This document shows, one piece after another, positions 48,875 to 58,218 of a stretch of 64,000 bases of DNA. A model generated the notes under the pieces. The model made no database searches. It was not told where the DNA came from and was given only the letters and a program-made list of their open reading frames with translations. How positions within the stretch are numbered: the first letter of the stretch is position 1; each line of letters opens with the position of its first letter. The DNA lies in the NCBI GenBank assembly GCA_027490195.1, contig JAIXYN010000006.1, positions 6,930 to 70,929 on the forward strand, written 5' to 3'. A program made the position numbers and the translations under genes. The DNA is from Verrucomicrobiaceae bacterium. Its GTDB lineage: Bacteria; Verrucomicrobiota; Verrucomicrobiia; Verrucomicrobiales; Verrucomicrobiaceae.

Positions 48875-48976
48875 GTGTTTGGGTTGGAATTGGCGGAGGA
48901 TGAGACATACGCAAAATAACGCCAGCCATTTCCATTGCCGAGCAGCAGACGTAAAATGACGAGACACACCACCTCC

Positions 48977-50506
48977 ATGATCCCCAAATTTCCTCTTTTT
49001 CTCACCCTGCTGTTTGGCGGATTGCTGGCCTGGCTCTGGGCAACCGATCACGTCTTTCGCTCAGGCGGCCTGATGATTTTCATCCCTCTGTGGCTGATCC
49101 TCTTCGGCCTCTGGTGGGCGCTGCACCTGCGCGGAGTGCGGCTGAAGCGGCTGGGCGTGTTCTTTCTGGGAGTCATGGCCATCATAGCGGCGTTTAAGTA
49201 TCTGATCCGCTACGACGGCTCCGCTGACGGCTCAGCCTATCCGAGTCTCGCCTGGCGCTGGCAGAAAGCAGAGGCGCTGCCGGAACTCCACAGCGGGGCA
49301 GACGCCACAGCAGTTCCATCCCCCACCCCTCCGGGAGTAGCGGACATGCCGCGCTTCCTCGGTGCCCAGGGAGACGGCGCACTGCCAGAGCCGGACTGGC
49401 AGACCGACTGGAAAGCGCACCCACCACGCGAGGTCTGGCGCATCAAGGTGGGAGAAGGCTGGACGGGCTTTGCCGTGGCAGGCGGCAGGGCGCTCACGCA
49501 GGAGCAGCGCGGTGAGGAGGAATACGTCACCTGCTATGACATCGCCACCGGCAAGCTCCTGTGGGCGCATGCCGACAAAACACGCTTTGATGAGGCGATG
49601 GGCGGCATCGGCCCGCGCTCCACACCCACGGTGAACGTGGCGCAGAGCATGGTTTTCACCATGGGTGCCAATGGCTTGCTCAACTGCCTGGAGCTGACCA
49701 CCGGGAAAATCCGCTGGAGCAAAAACGTGCTGAAAGACGGCGGCGCGACCAAAAGTCCGCAGTGGGGCAAAAGCTCCGCACCCTTGATCGTCGGTGACAA
49801 CATCGTGTGCAGCGGCGGTGAGGACGGTGCCAGCCTCATTGCTTACCGTTGTAGTGACGGACAAATCGTCTGGAAGGCCGGGGATGATGGCGGCAGCTAC
49901 AGCTCCCCGGTGCTGATGACGCTGGCCGGGCGCGAGCAGATCCTGAACGTGAACAGCAACTCCGTGACCGGGCATGATCCCGCCAGCGGTGCCGTGCTGT
50001 GGAAATTTGAATGGCCAGGCATGTTTCCCAAAGTGTGCCAGCCTGTTCAGGTAACGCCGGAGCGCATCCTAGTCACCACCAGCTACGGCCTGAAGAGCAA
50101 CCTGCTGGAGATCAAACCTGCTGCCGATGGCAAGCTCACCGTGTCATCCCTCTGGGCCGCCAGCGCGCCGCGCACAAAATTCAGCAGCGCCAGCGTGTTC
50201 GGCACCCACGCTTACGCCATGGATGAAGGCACAATGTGCTGCGTGGACCTAGCCACGGGTGAGCGCGGCTGGCGCGAAGGGCGCTACGGCTTCGGTCAGC
50301 AGATTCGCCTTGGGGAGAGCCTCATGCTCTTGCAGGCGGAGAAGGGCTTCGTCGCCCTGGTCAAAGCCAATCCGGAACGGCTAGAGGAAGTGTCGCGTCT
50401 GGAGGCACTGAGCGCCAAGACGTGGAATCCCCCGACGTTGGCAGGCCGCTGGCTGCTGCTGCGCAATGATCGTGAAGCGGTCTGTTTTGAACTGCCTGCC
50501 AAGTAA
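48977..50506 (+). CDS. Membrane-anchored PQQ-like beta-propeller protein
   Basis: N-terminal TMs, repeated xTGxxxW motifs (TGKLLW, TGKIRW, SGAVLW, TGERGW), YSSPVL, TWNPPTL. Confidence 0.88.
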   Translation: MIPKFPLFLTLLFGGLLAWLWATDHVFRSGGLMIFIPLWLILFGLWWALHLRGVRLKRLGVFFLGVMAIIAAFKYLIRYDGSADGSAYPSLAWRWQKAEALPELHSGADATAVPSPTPPGVADMPRFLGAQGDGALPEPDWQTDWKAHPPREVWRIKVGEGWTGFAVAGGRALTQEQRGEEEYVTCYDIATGKLLWAHADKTRFDEAMGGIGPRSTPTVNVAQSMVFTMGANGLLNCLELTTGKIRWSKNVLKDGGATKSPQWGKSSAPLIVGDNIVCSGGEDGASLIAYRCSDGQIVWKAGDDGGSYSSPVLMTLAGREQILNVNSNSVTGHDPASGAVLWKFEWPGMFPKVCQPVQVTPERILVTTSYGLKSNLLEIKPAADGKLTVSSLWAASAPRTKFSSASVFGTHAYAMDEGTMCCVDLATGERGWREGRYGFGQQIRLGESLMLLQAEKGFVALVKANPERLEEVSRLEALSAKTWNPPTLAGRWLLLRNDREAVCFELPAK

Positions 50507-50533
50507 TGCTGCGGACTTCACGTCCACTTGCAC

Positions 50534-51475
50534 TCACCAAATATGGTGGAAGAAGCGGCCCACCATGCTGCGCGCTGCATCCGGCTTGATAAAGCGTCTG
50601 CCTTCAGTGTCTGACATCGCTGGCAGTTGCATGGGCCCTTTCTGAGTGATGACTTTGATCGATTTGATTTCGATCCGGGCCACCGGGCAGTCGTTGGCAT
50701 CCACTGGCATGATGGAGATGCGCTTGATGGTTTCCAAGCCGGACACCACCTGACCAAAGACGGTGTACTTGCCTTCAAGCGCGCCGTAATTGCCCAAGGT
50801 CACGTAAAACTGCGAACCATTCGAGCGGCGCTCAGGATTGACCTTGTCTGACAGGCGCGCCATTGCCACGGCTCCCACACGATGCGGCAGTTTGATCTCG
50901 GCAGGAATCGTTTTGTCTCCGCCACCCGTGCCCCACTTGAGACGTGCGGACTCATCTGAAGTCAGTGGATCTCCGGTCTGCACCAGAAAGCCTTCAATGG
51001 CACGGTGGAAGGCCAGACCGTTGTAAACGCCGCTGTCACAATGATCGATGAAGTTGTTCACCGTTTGAGGCGCTTCATTCGGAAACAGCTCGATCATGAC
51101 CGTTTCACGTGCACCGCCGAAAGCCACTTCCATGACGGCGAGTTTGCGCACCGAATCCTTGGCCCACAGCCCAGGGTCTTCCATCTTCTGCGCCGGCAGA
51201 CGCATCGGGGTGGAGGAGGCGTAGGGGGTGTATTGAGGGCTGTCCGTTTTGGTGGTGGTTGCAGCTCCGCCGCCAGCCTTGTCCACGGAATTGAACAGCG
51301 CTTTCTGCGCCTCTTCAGCCAGTTTGTCGATCTCCTCGGTGGACTTGGTCTTGGGTGCTGCAGGCAGCACCGGGGCTGTGCCGGACCGGAGTGAATCCGG
51401 GGCCTGCAACTGCTGGGCGGTCAATGCGGCGTGGCAGCCAAAGGCGAGCAGGCAGGTCAGAAGCGGGGTCTTCAC
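50534..51475 (-). CDS. Cyclophilin-type peptidyl-prolyl isomerase, exported
   Basis: APQTVNNF, YNGLAFHRAIEGFLVQTGDP, AVAMAR, NGSQFYV, YTVFGQV; GTG start chosen, exact start uncertain. Confidence 0.9.
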   Translation of the reverse strand: MKTPLLTCLLAFGCHAALTAQQLQAPDSLRSGTAPVLPAAPKTKSTEEIDKLAEEAQKALFNSVDKAGGGAATTTKTDSPQYTPYASSTPMRLPAQKMEDPGLWAKDSVRKLAVMEVAFGGARETVMIELFPNEAPQTVNNFIDHCDSGVYNGLAFHRAIEGFLVQTGDPLTSDESARLKWGTGGGDKTIPAEIKLPHRVGAVAMARLSDKVNPERRSNGSQFYVTLGNYGALEGKYTVFGQVVSGLETIKRISIMPVDANDCPVARIEIKSIKVITQKGPMQLPAMSDTEGRRFIKPDAARSMVGRFFHHIW

Positions 51476-51521
51476 GTGTCGTACGGTTTTAAATACAGGA
51501 AAAGCAAATGCCATGCCGCAG

Positions 51522-51836
51522 TTAGCGCAGCGTGGATGGAATCGTTGGGCTGCTCGGGGCGGCGGGGCTTGGAGCAGGCGCGGGGGCCGGTGTCGGCGCG
51601 GCAGGTGCGGAAGGCTCAAGACTCATGGGCGCTGCGGGCTGTTCGGTACGGGCATTGTACTGATAGCGCATCTTCGGATTGCCTCGTGCTTTGCGTGGGG
51701 GCAGTCCCCAGCTCACATCGAAGGCATCCTGCTGGGACACCGTGGGATGACGGGAGTCAACATGCTCAAAGGAACCGCAGGAACTGAGAAGGGTCGCGGC
51801 AAGCAGAGCGGCAAAGATGAAGCGCAGAGATGTCAT
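51522..51836 (-). CDS. Small lipoprotein with Pro/Ala-rich tail, paralog A
   Basis: Lipobox LSSC; shares RHPTVSQQDA(F/Y)D.SWGL.PRK.RGNPKMR.QYN with paralog B. Confidence 0.8.
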   Translation of the reverse strand: MTSLRFIFAALLAATLLSSCGSFEHVDSRHPTVSQQDAFDVSWGLPPRKARGNPKMRYQYNARTEQPAAPMSLEPSAPAAPTPAPAPAPSPAAPSSPTIPSTLR

Positions 51837-52014
51837 TGTTTGGCAGAATTGAATTCTTAACGGGCCACGATACTAGGCGGGCTGTCTCTAGCTGGCAAGA
51901 TCGAAGTCTTGGACGCTGCGACCAGCCATTCCGTTCAGTCTCCACCAAGGCGGCCACGCCGTGGGTACTGGGCAGGATAAGAATGCGCAGTGCAATGCCA
52001 GCCCCGGTCCAAAC

Positions 52015-52221
52015 TCATTGCACAGCGGCCTGCTCGGCCCTGGAATTGTATTGAAAGCGCATCTTCGGGTTGCCACGCACTTTGCGGGGTGCCAGTCCCC
52101 AGCTCAAATCATAGGCATCCTGCTGGGACACCGTGGGATGCCGGGCATCAGCAGGCTCAACACAGGAGCTGAGAAGTGTGGCGGCAAGTAAAGCGGCAAG
52201 GAGGAAGCTCAGAGATTTCAT
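52015..52221 (-). CDS. Small lipoprotein, paralog B (68 aa, lacks the Pro-rich tail)
   Basis: Start placed at MKSLSFLLAALLAATLLSSC by alignment to paralog A. Confidence 0.7.
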   Translation of the reverse strand: MKSLSFLLAALLAATLLSSCVEPADARHPTVSQQDAYDLSWGLAPRKVRGNPKMRFQYNSRAEQAAVQ

Positions 52222-52316
52222 GGTTGGCTGAATGGAATTCCTATCAATCCACGAACCAGGAGGTCTGGCTCTAGCTGGCAGGATCGCGGTCTTGGACGCC
52301 GCACCAGCCAATCCGT

Positions 52317-52673
52317 TCAGTTTCCACGCACAAGACGCACCGCCACATGGTCGGTATCAGGCAGGATGCGTTTCCGTAGGTCAATGCTGACCCCCACGGC
52401 CTGGAACTCCTCCATCACACAAGCCGCCATCTCGGCGGCGAGGGTTTCGATCAGCCTGCGCGGCCGCTCCGCCGCCAGTTCCTGAAGCCTCGCGGCCACT
52501 GCGGCGTAGTCGATTGTCGCAGAGATCTCATCGTTCATCGCCTCGAATCGACCAGCGATCCGCAGGGTGACATCAGCCTCCAGCACCTGGCTCGTAGCAC
52601 GTTCCTCCTCGGGAACGCCGATGTGCGTGGTCAGCCGCAGGGCGGAGATGCGTATTTCGTCGGGCGGTGACAT
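52317..52673 (-). CDS. folB: Dihydroneopterin aldolase
   Basis: HIGVPEEER...Q.LEADV, TIDYAAV, RLIETLA. Confidence 0.9.
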   Translation of the reverse strand: MSPPDEIRISALRLTTHIGVPEEERATSQVLEADVTLRIAGRFEAMNDEISATIDYAAVAARLQELAAERPRRLIETLAAEMAACVMEEFQAVGVSIDLRKRILPDTDHVAVRLVRGN

Positions 52674-52710
52674 TTGGGTTGCTGGGATAGGCGAAAGCTA
52701 TGGAAAGAAT

Positions 52711-52818
52711 AATGACGAAACCAGAATGACGAATCCCAAATGAATGACCAAACCGAAATGCAGCAATGTTTTGCTCATTGGAGCTTCATTCATCACTCTG
52801 AATTCTGGTTTCCTCATT
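52711..52818. repeat. Long imperfect AT-rich hairpin (AATGACGAA family) between the HAD-Nudix gene and folB
   Basis: Outer arms AATGACGAAACCAGAAT and ATTCTGGTTTCCTCATT (one mismatch); inner ATGAATGA / TCATTCAT. Confidence 0.75.
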
Positions 52819-53869
52819 CGGCGAAGCAGCCCTGCCGCATGCATTCATCGAGCAGGATTCGGGTGGGAATGTTCAAATCCATGCGCAGGGCCTCGGCCAG
52901 CGGCAGCCATTGAAAGGCCTGCGCCTCCTCGTTCAGCACCACCTGAGGCTCCACCTCGGCACAGCGTGCGATGTAGTTCAGCAGGAGAAAGTGCGCGGAA
53001 CGCTGAAACTCGGGTGGCTCAATGCAGTCCTGCACCATGACGAATTCGATGTCCTGCAGCGTGAGCCCGGTTTCCTCCAGGATCTCACGCACCAGCGCCG
53101 CCTCACATGTCTCGCCGCGTTTGATCTTGCCCCCAGGAATGCCCCAGCGGTGACTCCACTTGTGCGTGCGGATGAGCAGCATCTCGTCCTTGGAATTTAA
53201 AATGAGAGCGCCCACGGTGGACACTGGATACGCACCATCTCCCCCGCTCATGGGCCCCAGCAGAGCAGGCAGCCGTGAGAGATCCGGCACCAGCATGTCT
53301 GGCGCGGCGGTCATGAGTGTTTCGGCGCTCTCGTAACCCGTGCAGGTGGCGATGGTCACGACCCCGGCGGCATGGCCTGCCTCGATGTCATGTCGCATGT
53401 CGCCGATGAAGGCCGTCTCTGCGGCGGCCATGTCCAGCTCCGCCAGCAGCGCATGAATCTCCGTGCGTTTGTCGATGACGCCGCAGCGCATGATTTCAAA
53501 CGCATCCCGCACCCCCAGCGCCTCCGCCTGGGCCGCCACATGAATCAATGGCGCACTGCTAAGCACCACCAGCCGCCGCCCCGTGGCAGCAGCGAACTGG
53601 ATGAATTCCCGCGCATGGGGTAGTATCTCAATGTCGGCATGCGCATGCGTAAAATGCTCCAGGTAGAGCTGCTGCAGGCGCTCCAGCGGCAGGCCAGGTA
53701 GCACCTCCGCGAAAAATTCGGTGTACGGCAGGCGAAAGCGCGCCTTGAATTCTTCCCGCGTCATTTCCGCAGCGCCAGCGGCACGCAGCATGCCGTTCAC
53801 AGCACAGATCACGCCCGGCAGGTCATCCACCACCGTGCCGGACCAGTCGAACAAGAGATTCCGAATCAT
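52814..53869 (-). CDS. HAD-family phosphatase fused to a Nudix hydrolase
   Basis: HAD motifs FDWSGT, LSS, K, IGDMRHD; Nudix box GGKIKRGETCEAALVREILEETGL. Confidence 0.9.
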   Translation of the reverse strand: MIRNLLFDWSGTVVDDLPGVICAVNGMLRAAGAAEMTREEFKARFRLPYTEFFAEVLPGLPLERLQQLYLEHFTHAHADIEILPHAREFIQFAAATGRRLVVLSSAPLIHVAAQAEALGVRDAFEIMRCGVIDKRTEIHALLAELDMAAAETAFIGDMRHDIEAGHAAGVVTIATCTGYESAETLMTAAPDMLVPDLSRLPALLGPMSGGDGAYPVSTVGALILNSKDEMLLIRTHKWSHRWGIPGGKIKRGETCEAALVREILEETGLTLQDIEFVMVQDCIEPPEFQRSAHFLLLNYIARCAEVEPQVVLNEEAQAFQWLPLAEALRMDLNIPTRILLDECMRQGCFAE

Positions 53870-53908
53870 GTGCCGCCCGCCTTAACTGCGACCACGCCCC
53901 TTTGCAAA

Positions 53909-53939
53909 CCATCACTCCATCACTCCATCACTCCATCAC
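53909..53939. repeat. (CCATCACT)~4 tandem repeat
   Basis: CCATCACTCCATCACTCCATCACTCCATCAC between the PEP-CTERM stop and the HAD-Nudix start. Confidence 0.85.
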
Positions 53940-54562
53940 CTCCGACGACGACGCATCGACCACAACCACGCCACTCCCAGCAGCAGCAAGCTGCCCGGCT
54001 CCGGCACCGGCACGGGTGCGGTCACAAACTCAATTCCGTAGCTGATCTGGTCAGACCCCTCCTGAATCCAGAACGTGTAATTTCCCGGAGTCAGCGGCCC
54101 ATCAAAGCCGATGCCGGCAAACATCGGCCCAACATCCAGCAGATGCAGCAGATCGACGTAGGTGTTCCCAAAGCCATCCTGCCCATAGCCCCACAGACTG
54201 TTGCTCAGGTGACCCAATGGATCATTGAAGTCGATCGTCCCGCCATTGGCGATCGCCATGAAAGATTCATTGGTCAGGCTGCTGCTCTGGGCCGAATAAT
54301 CCACCAGATTGATCCCCGTCAGGTAGTAGCCTGCGGCGATGGTGAAATTCCAAACGTCCGCATCCAGCGGCCCGGTGCCTCCCAGCGAACCCATGGTGCC
54401 GGAAAACAAATTAACGCCTGGGTCCAAGGTGCCAATGAGCGTCGGCGCATTGCCATCGCCAGACAGCTCTCCATCGATCATCTCGTCCCAAGTCAGCGCC
54501 TGCACCGAGCCGAGAGGCAGGGCAAGAGCAGCGAGGAGGGCGAGTAGGCGTGAAACCGGCAT
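53936..54562 (-). CDS. PEP-CTERM sorting-domain surface protein
   Basis: Signal peptide; C-terminal VPEPGSLLLLGVAWLWSMRRRR. Confidence 0.92.
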   Translation of the reverse strand: MPVSRLLALLAALALPLGSVQALTWDEMIDGELSGDGNAPTLIGTLDPGVNLFSGTMGSLGGTGPLDADVWNFTIAAGYYLTGINLVDYSAQSSSLTNESFMAIANGGTIDFNDPLGHLSNSLWGYGQDGFGNTYVDLLHLLDVGPMFAGIGFDGPLTPGNYTFWIQEGSDQISYGIEFVTAPVPVPEPGSLLLLGVAWLWSMRRRRR

Positions 54563-54685
54563 GTTATTGTAATTATATTAAATATCACAGATACTGTCAA
54601 TCGAAGTGATTGTTTTCCAAAACTGAAGTTTCCGCCCTCCATTTCAGGCTCGCATCCCTCCTCCCGCCCCTGCATTTTGGCAGGC

Positions 54686-55309
54686 ATGCGTTCCTTGCTC
54701 CTCCTTTTGGCCCTCCTCGGGCTGCCCTCCTGCGTCCATATTTTCACCACGCATTACGACTACCAGTCCAGCGCCCCGGCCCCCACGGCAGCGGGCAGCG
54801 CTTTCAGGGTGGAGTTCATCCCCACGGCCACGGAATCCGGCGTCGCTCTCAGCGCCATGGTCGTCGGCGGGGCCATGGTCGCCGAAGTCGGCCCCTACCA
54901 GATGCGCTTGCACGCCTTCGGCCTGCCCGGAGATCAGCAGTGGTTTGAAATCAAAAGCCTGCGCCTCAGCGGTGCGGACGGCTTCAATGCCCCCATGGAA
55001 CCCCGTGGCTTTACCGGCCGGGCCGAGTTCAAGCCCATCCAAACCCCCGGCACCACCCGCGCCAGCCTGCTCCTCGGCCCCTACGTCAGCCTCGATGCCA
55101 AAAAGCAGCACGACATCGTCCTCGACGCCGAGGTGCTAGTGAGCCGCCGCAGCGGCCTCTCACGCGAAACCCTCCGCATCCCGCTGGCTTTGTCCAAAAC
55201 CAAGCGCCGCGAAAGCACCAACGTCATCACCGAGATCGCCCACGACATCCGCGACCGCGACAAGCCCACCATTCCCGCAGGCCTGCCACCGCCACCGGAG
55301 AAGCCCTGA
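54686..55309 (+). CDS. Hypothetical lipoprotein
   Basis: MRSLLLLLALLGLPSC lipobox; host-like codon usage. Confidence 0.75.
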   Translation: MRSLLLLLALLGLPSCVHIFTTHYDYQSSAPAPTAAGSAFRVEFIPTATESGVALSAMVVGGAMVAEVGPYQMRLHAFGLPGDQQWFEIKSLRLSGADGFNAPMEPRGFTGRAEFKPIQTPGTTRASLLLGPYVSLDAKKQHDIVLDAEVLVSRRSGLSRETLRIPLALSKTKRRESTNVITEIAHDIRDRDKPTIPAGLPPPPEKP

Positions 55310-55613
55310 GCCTTCAGGGGCAGCTCCGACACTTCTGTCCGCCAGCAAGCTGCCAGATCGGCAAAAGAATGGTCTGATTTTCAGTCATCATTCCAAGGGG
55401 CCTGGTTCAGGAGATCGGCATTCCCTTGCTCTCCATTCCCTTGCGAAATCAGGCGGCTTCCGACTTCTGGGAAAAGTGCCCAGATCTCTGCGGCGCTCAC
55501 CCGCAGCATTTTGCCGCTTTACAGTTCACGCTCGTTCGTCTCCAATGCCGCTCCACCGGCTGCACAGGCCGTCGTGATTTCCATCAACGCAATCCCACCA
55601 CCACACTCACACC

Positions 55614-56477
55614 ATGGGCAAAATCCAATTCGGTTCCGAAGTTTACACCTGGTTCATGCAGGGCACCGGCAAAGGCTACGACAACAAGCTCGACCACATG
55701 ATCAAGGTCGCCTCAGAAGCAGGCTTCACCGGCATCGAGCCGATGGTGCTGGAGATCTCCCAGAGCGCCCTCGGCTGCTCCAAGTACTGGCTCGGTGACT
55801 TCATTGATCCAATCAAGCTCAAGGACGTGCTGCAGAAGTACAACGTGCAGCTTGCTGGCCTCGCCCTCGTCTGCGCCTGGGACGGCGAAACCGAAGCGCC
55901 AAATGAAAAGGAAGCCGCTGACTTCACCCTCAACTTCCTCAAGCACTTCCCTGGCTCCATGCTCGGTACGGTGACGCTGCCAAGCGGCCGCAAGGACAAC
56001 CTCCAAAATCGCCGCCTCAACATCGCTAAGAACGTCAACCGCATCTCCCAGCGCGCCGCCGATCTCGGCATCAAGGCCTCCTACCACCCGAACTCCCCGC
56101 CCGCCTCCCTCGTCCGCACCCAGGAAGACTACGACGTCGTCCTCAGCAGCCTCGACCCCAAAGTCACTGGCTGGACTCCGGACGTCGGCCACATCATCCG
56201 CGGCGGCATGGACGTCATCGCCACCCTCAACAAGTGGCAGCACCTGGTGAACCACATCCACTACAAGGACTTCTCCGGCAACGGCGCCGAGCCTTGGGCC
56301 CAAATGGGCACCGGCAAGCTCGACTTCCACAAGATCACCGAGTGGCTCGTCTCCCGCAATTACTCCGGCTGGATCATCTGCGAAGACGAAGCCCACGTCG
56401 CCGTCGATGACCCCGATGGTGTGACCATGCAGAACGGCGAGTGGTGCAAGACCAACCTGCATCCGATCGTGGCGTAA
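55614..56477 (+). CDS. Sugar phosphate isomerase/epimerase (IolE-like TIM barrel)
   Basis: AGFTGIEP, YHPN, DVGH, HIHYKD, GWIICEDE metal ligands. Confidence 0.88.
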   Translation: MGKIQFGSEVYTWFMQGTGKGYDNKLDHMIKVASEAGFTGIEPMVLEISQSALGCSKYWLGDFIDPIKLKDVLQKYNVQLAGLALVCAWDGETEAPNEKEAADFTLNFLKHFPGSMLGTVTLPSGRKDNLQNRRLNIAKNVNRISQRAADLGIKASYHPNSPPASLVRTQEDYDVVLSSLDPKVTGWTPDVGHIIRGGMDVIATLNKWQHLVNHIHYKDFSGNGAEPWAQMGTGKLDFHKITEWLVSRNYSGWIICEDEAHVAVDDPDGVTMQNGEWCKTNLHPIVA

Positions 56478-56508
56478 GTTAGGCCACACGAATCTTTCGA
56501 TTCACTCG

Positions 56509-56540
56509 ACGCCTTCTCCTGAAAAGGGGAAGGCGTTTTT
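56509..56540 (+). terminator. Intrinsic terminator
   Basis: ACGCCTTCTCC-tgaaaa-GGGGAAGGCGT-TTTT about 30 nt after the stop codon. Confidence 0.8.
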
Positions 56541-56600
56541 GATTGATCCGCGAAAGCCTTTCTGATTCGATAGGAACAAGCGCCCAAGCAGAACAAGCAC

Positions 56601-56978
56601 ATGGAAATTGTCATCGCTCTCTTCTTCCTCACACTTATACTGCTGGTTATCCTTCCGACGCTTCCGCATTCGCGACGCTTCAGAGTGATTCTCGCCATCT
56701 TTGCCATTCCAGGGATCATCTTCGCGTATCGAGTCTTGGAAATGTTTGCGTCTAGAGGAGCACATAGTGCGCATCTCGATGAGTTTATCAGAAAATGCGA
56801 CAAGCTCCTGAACCAGGGAAAAACCGAAGAAGTGCGGGCGATCTTGGCAGACTACAGGCAGAAGCGCGGCGAACCTACCCCCCCGTCATCAGCCCTGGCA
56901 TCCCGAGCCGATCTGCTTTATCATCTCATCAAGGAGAAAGAGCTCGATATCGAGTTGGCCAAACCGTCTGAGAAATGA
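56601..56978 (+). CDS. Orphan two-TM membrane protein, AT-richer than host
   Basis: Two N-terminal hydrophobic segments; 125 aa. Confidence 0.7.
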   Translation: MEIVIALFFLTLILLVILPTLPHSRRFRVILAIFAIPGIIFAYRVLEMFASRGAHSAHLDEFIRKCDKLLNQGKTEEVRAILADYRQKRGEPTPPSSALASRADLLYHLIKEKELDIELAKPSEK

Positions 56979-57215
56979 CACCCTCCATAGTTAAAACGCC
57001 TGCAATGAATGGAACTCGGTCGAGGCAAATTTTCGTACACCTTTCTCCGGCCTGAGGTGGACGAGTGCCTTCGCCGCCGCTTGAAGCACCAACGGTGCGG
57101 CCTATCGCAGCCCAGGGAAACGCCCAGATTTTGCCAGCATCGGTTTCCCGATTCTATCCGCAAAAAAAGACCAGCCATGACTGGCCTGCATTGTCAACCA
57201 CAGGAACCTTGACTT

Positions 57216-57452
57216 ATGCGCCGCCCCACTGGATTCGAACTGGGACTTCTTCTGCTGGGAGCTTTCCTTTTGATCACTGGCACGGCCTTGGTCATTCACC
57301 CCACCGAGATGGATGTGTCACGCCCCGGGTCCCTCAGAACCGACGCTACCTTTGAGCATGTCTCGAAAACGGGAGCGCGGGTGGCGGGCACCTTTTCAGC
57401 ATTATCAAGCATTGCCATGCTTTGGGAAGTGTTCGCAAGACGAGACCGCTGA
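57216..57452 (+). CDS. Small two-TM hypothetical protein
   Basis: 78 aa with two hydrophobic segments; TTG start. Confidence 0.55.
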   Translation: MRRPTGFELGLLLLGAFLLITGTALVIHPTEMDVSRPGSLRTDATFEHVSKTGARVAGTFSALSSIAMLWEVFARRDR

Positions 57453-57477
57453 GACCTGCCATCCTTCAAACCAAGCC

Positions 57478-58053
57478 ATGAAAACCATCGCACACCGAGG
57501 AGGCATGGGAAAGGGCACGCAAAACACCCCTGCCGGCGTGCGCTTGGCCGTGCGGCACCAAGCAGACTATGTGGAGCTCGACGTAGTGCGTGCTGCGGAC
57601 GGCGAATTCCACTGCGCGCATTTTGGCTGGAATACAAAATGCGAGCTGCGCGATTGTCTGGCGGAACTCGGACCCCACATGCACCTCATTGCCCACCTCA
57701 AGGGCAATTATACCGAGGCAGATCTCATCTGCGTGGCCGAGTATCTGGCACCGCATCTCCCCTTGGAGAAGGTGATCTTTGCTTCTCACCGAAGCGGCGT
57801 TTTGCGAAGAATGCGACATTTGATTCCAAACGTGCACCTTGCTCGCTTTGGGCTGCTCCCCGCGATAGTGGCGCTGTGGAAGCCGCAGCCCTGGCAGTGC
57901 TGCATGATCAACCAATCGGTGCTAACGCGCTGGCTCGTGAAGGCCCTGCAGCAGCGAGGCTATGAGGTCTTCGCAAGCTGTGTGTGGGAACTGCGCTCCA
58001 AGCGAAGCGTGAAGGAACTGGGGGTGGATGGTACCTTCGTGAATTTACATTAA
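57478..58053 (+). CDS. Short glycerophosphodiester phosphodiesterase-fold protein
   Basis: MKTIAHRGG...NT, YVELDV, GVDG at the C-terminus. Confidence 0.75.
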   Translation: MKTIAHRGGMGKGTQNTPAGVRLAVRHQADYVELDVVRAADGEFHCAHFGWNTKCELRDCLAELGPHMHLIAHLKGNYTEADLICVAEYLAPHLPLEKVIFASHRSGVLRRMRHLIPNVHLARFGLLPAIVALWKPQPWQCCMINQSVLTRWLVKALQQRGYEVFASCVWELRSKRSVKELGVDGTFVNLH

Positions 58054-58218
58054 TGGATAAGAGCTATGAATGGATCCGCAGGACTGCCCCAGAGGGCCGC
58101 GGATTCGCCCGCCACGGCAGGCAGGCCCCCTGCGCGGTCTATTATCAAAAAGGTTGGACACCCCAGCGCTGATTCAGATAGCCTCATCAAGCACTCCCCT
58201 CACTCTTCCTCCCATTCC

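Noticed and set aside
54563-54600. Fur box upstream of the PEP-CTERM gene
   Set aside because: AT-rich but does not form the 7-1-7 GATAAT dyad well enough to call.
56478-56486. GTTAGGC right after the iolE-like stop as an integron core site
   Set aside because: An isolated heptamer; the downstream genes are not followed by recognisable attC hairpins.
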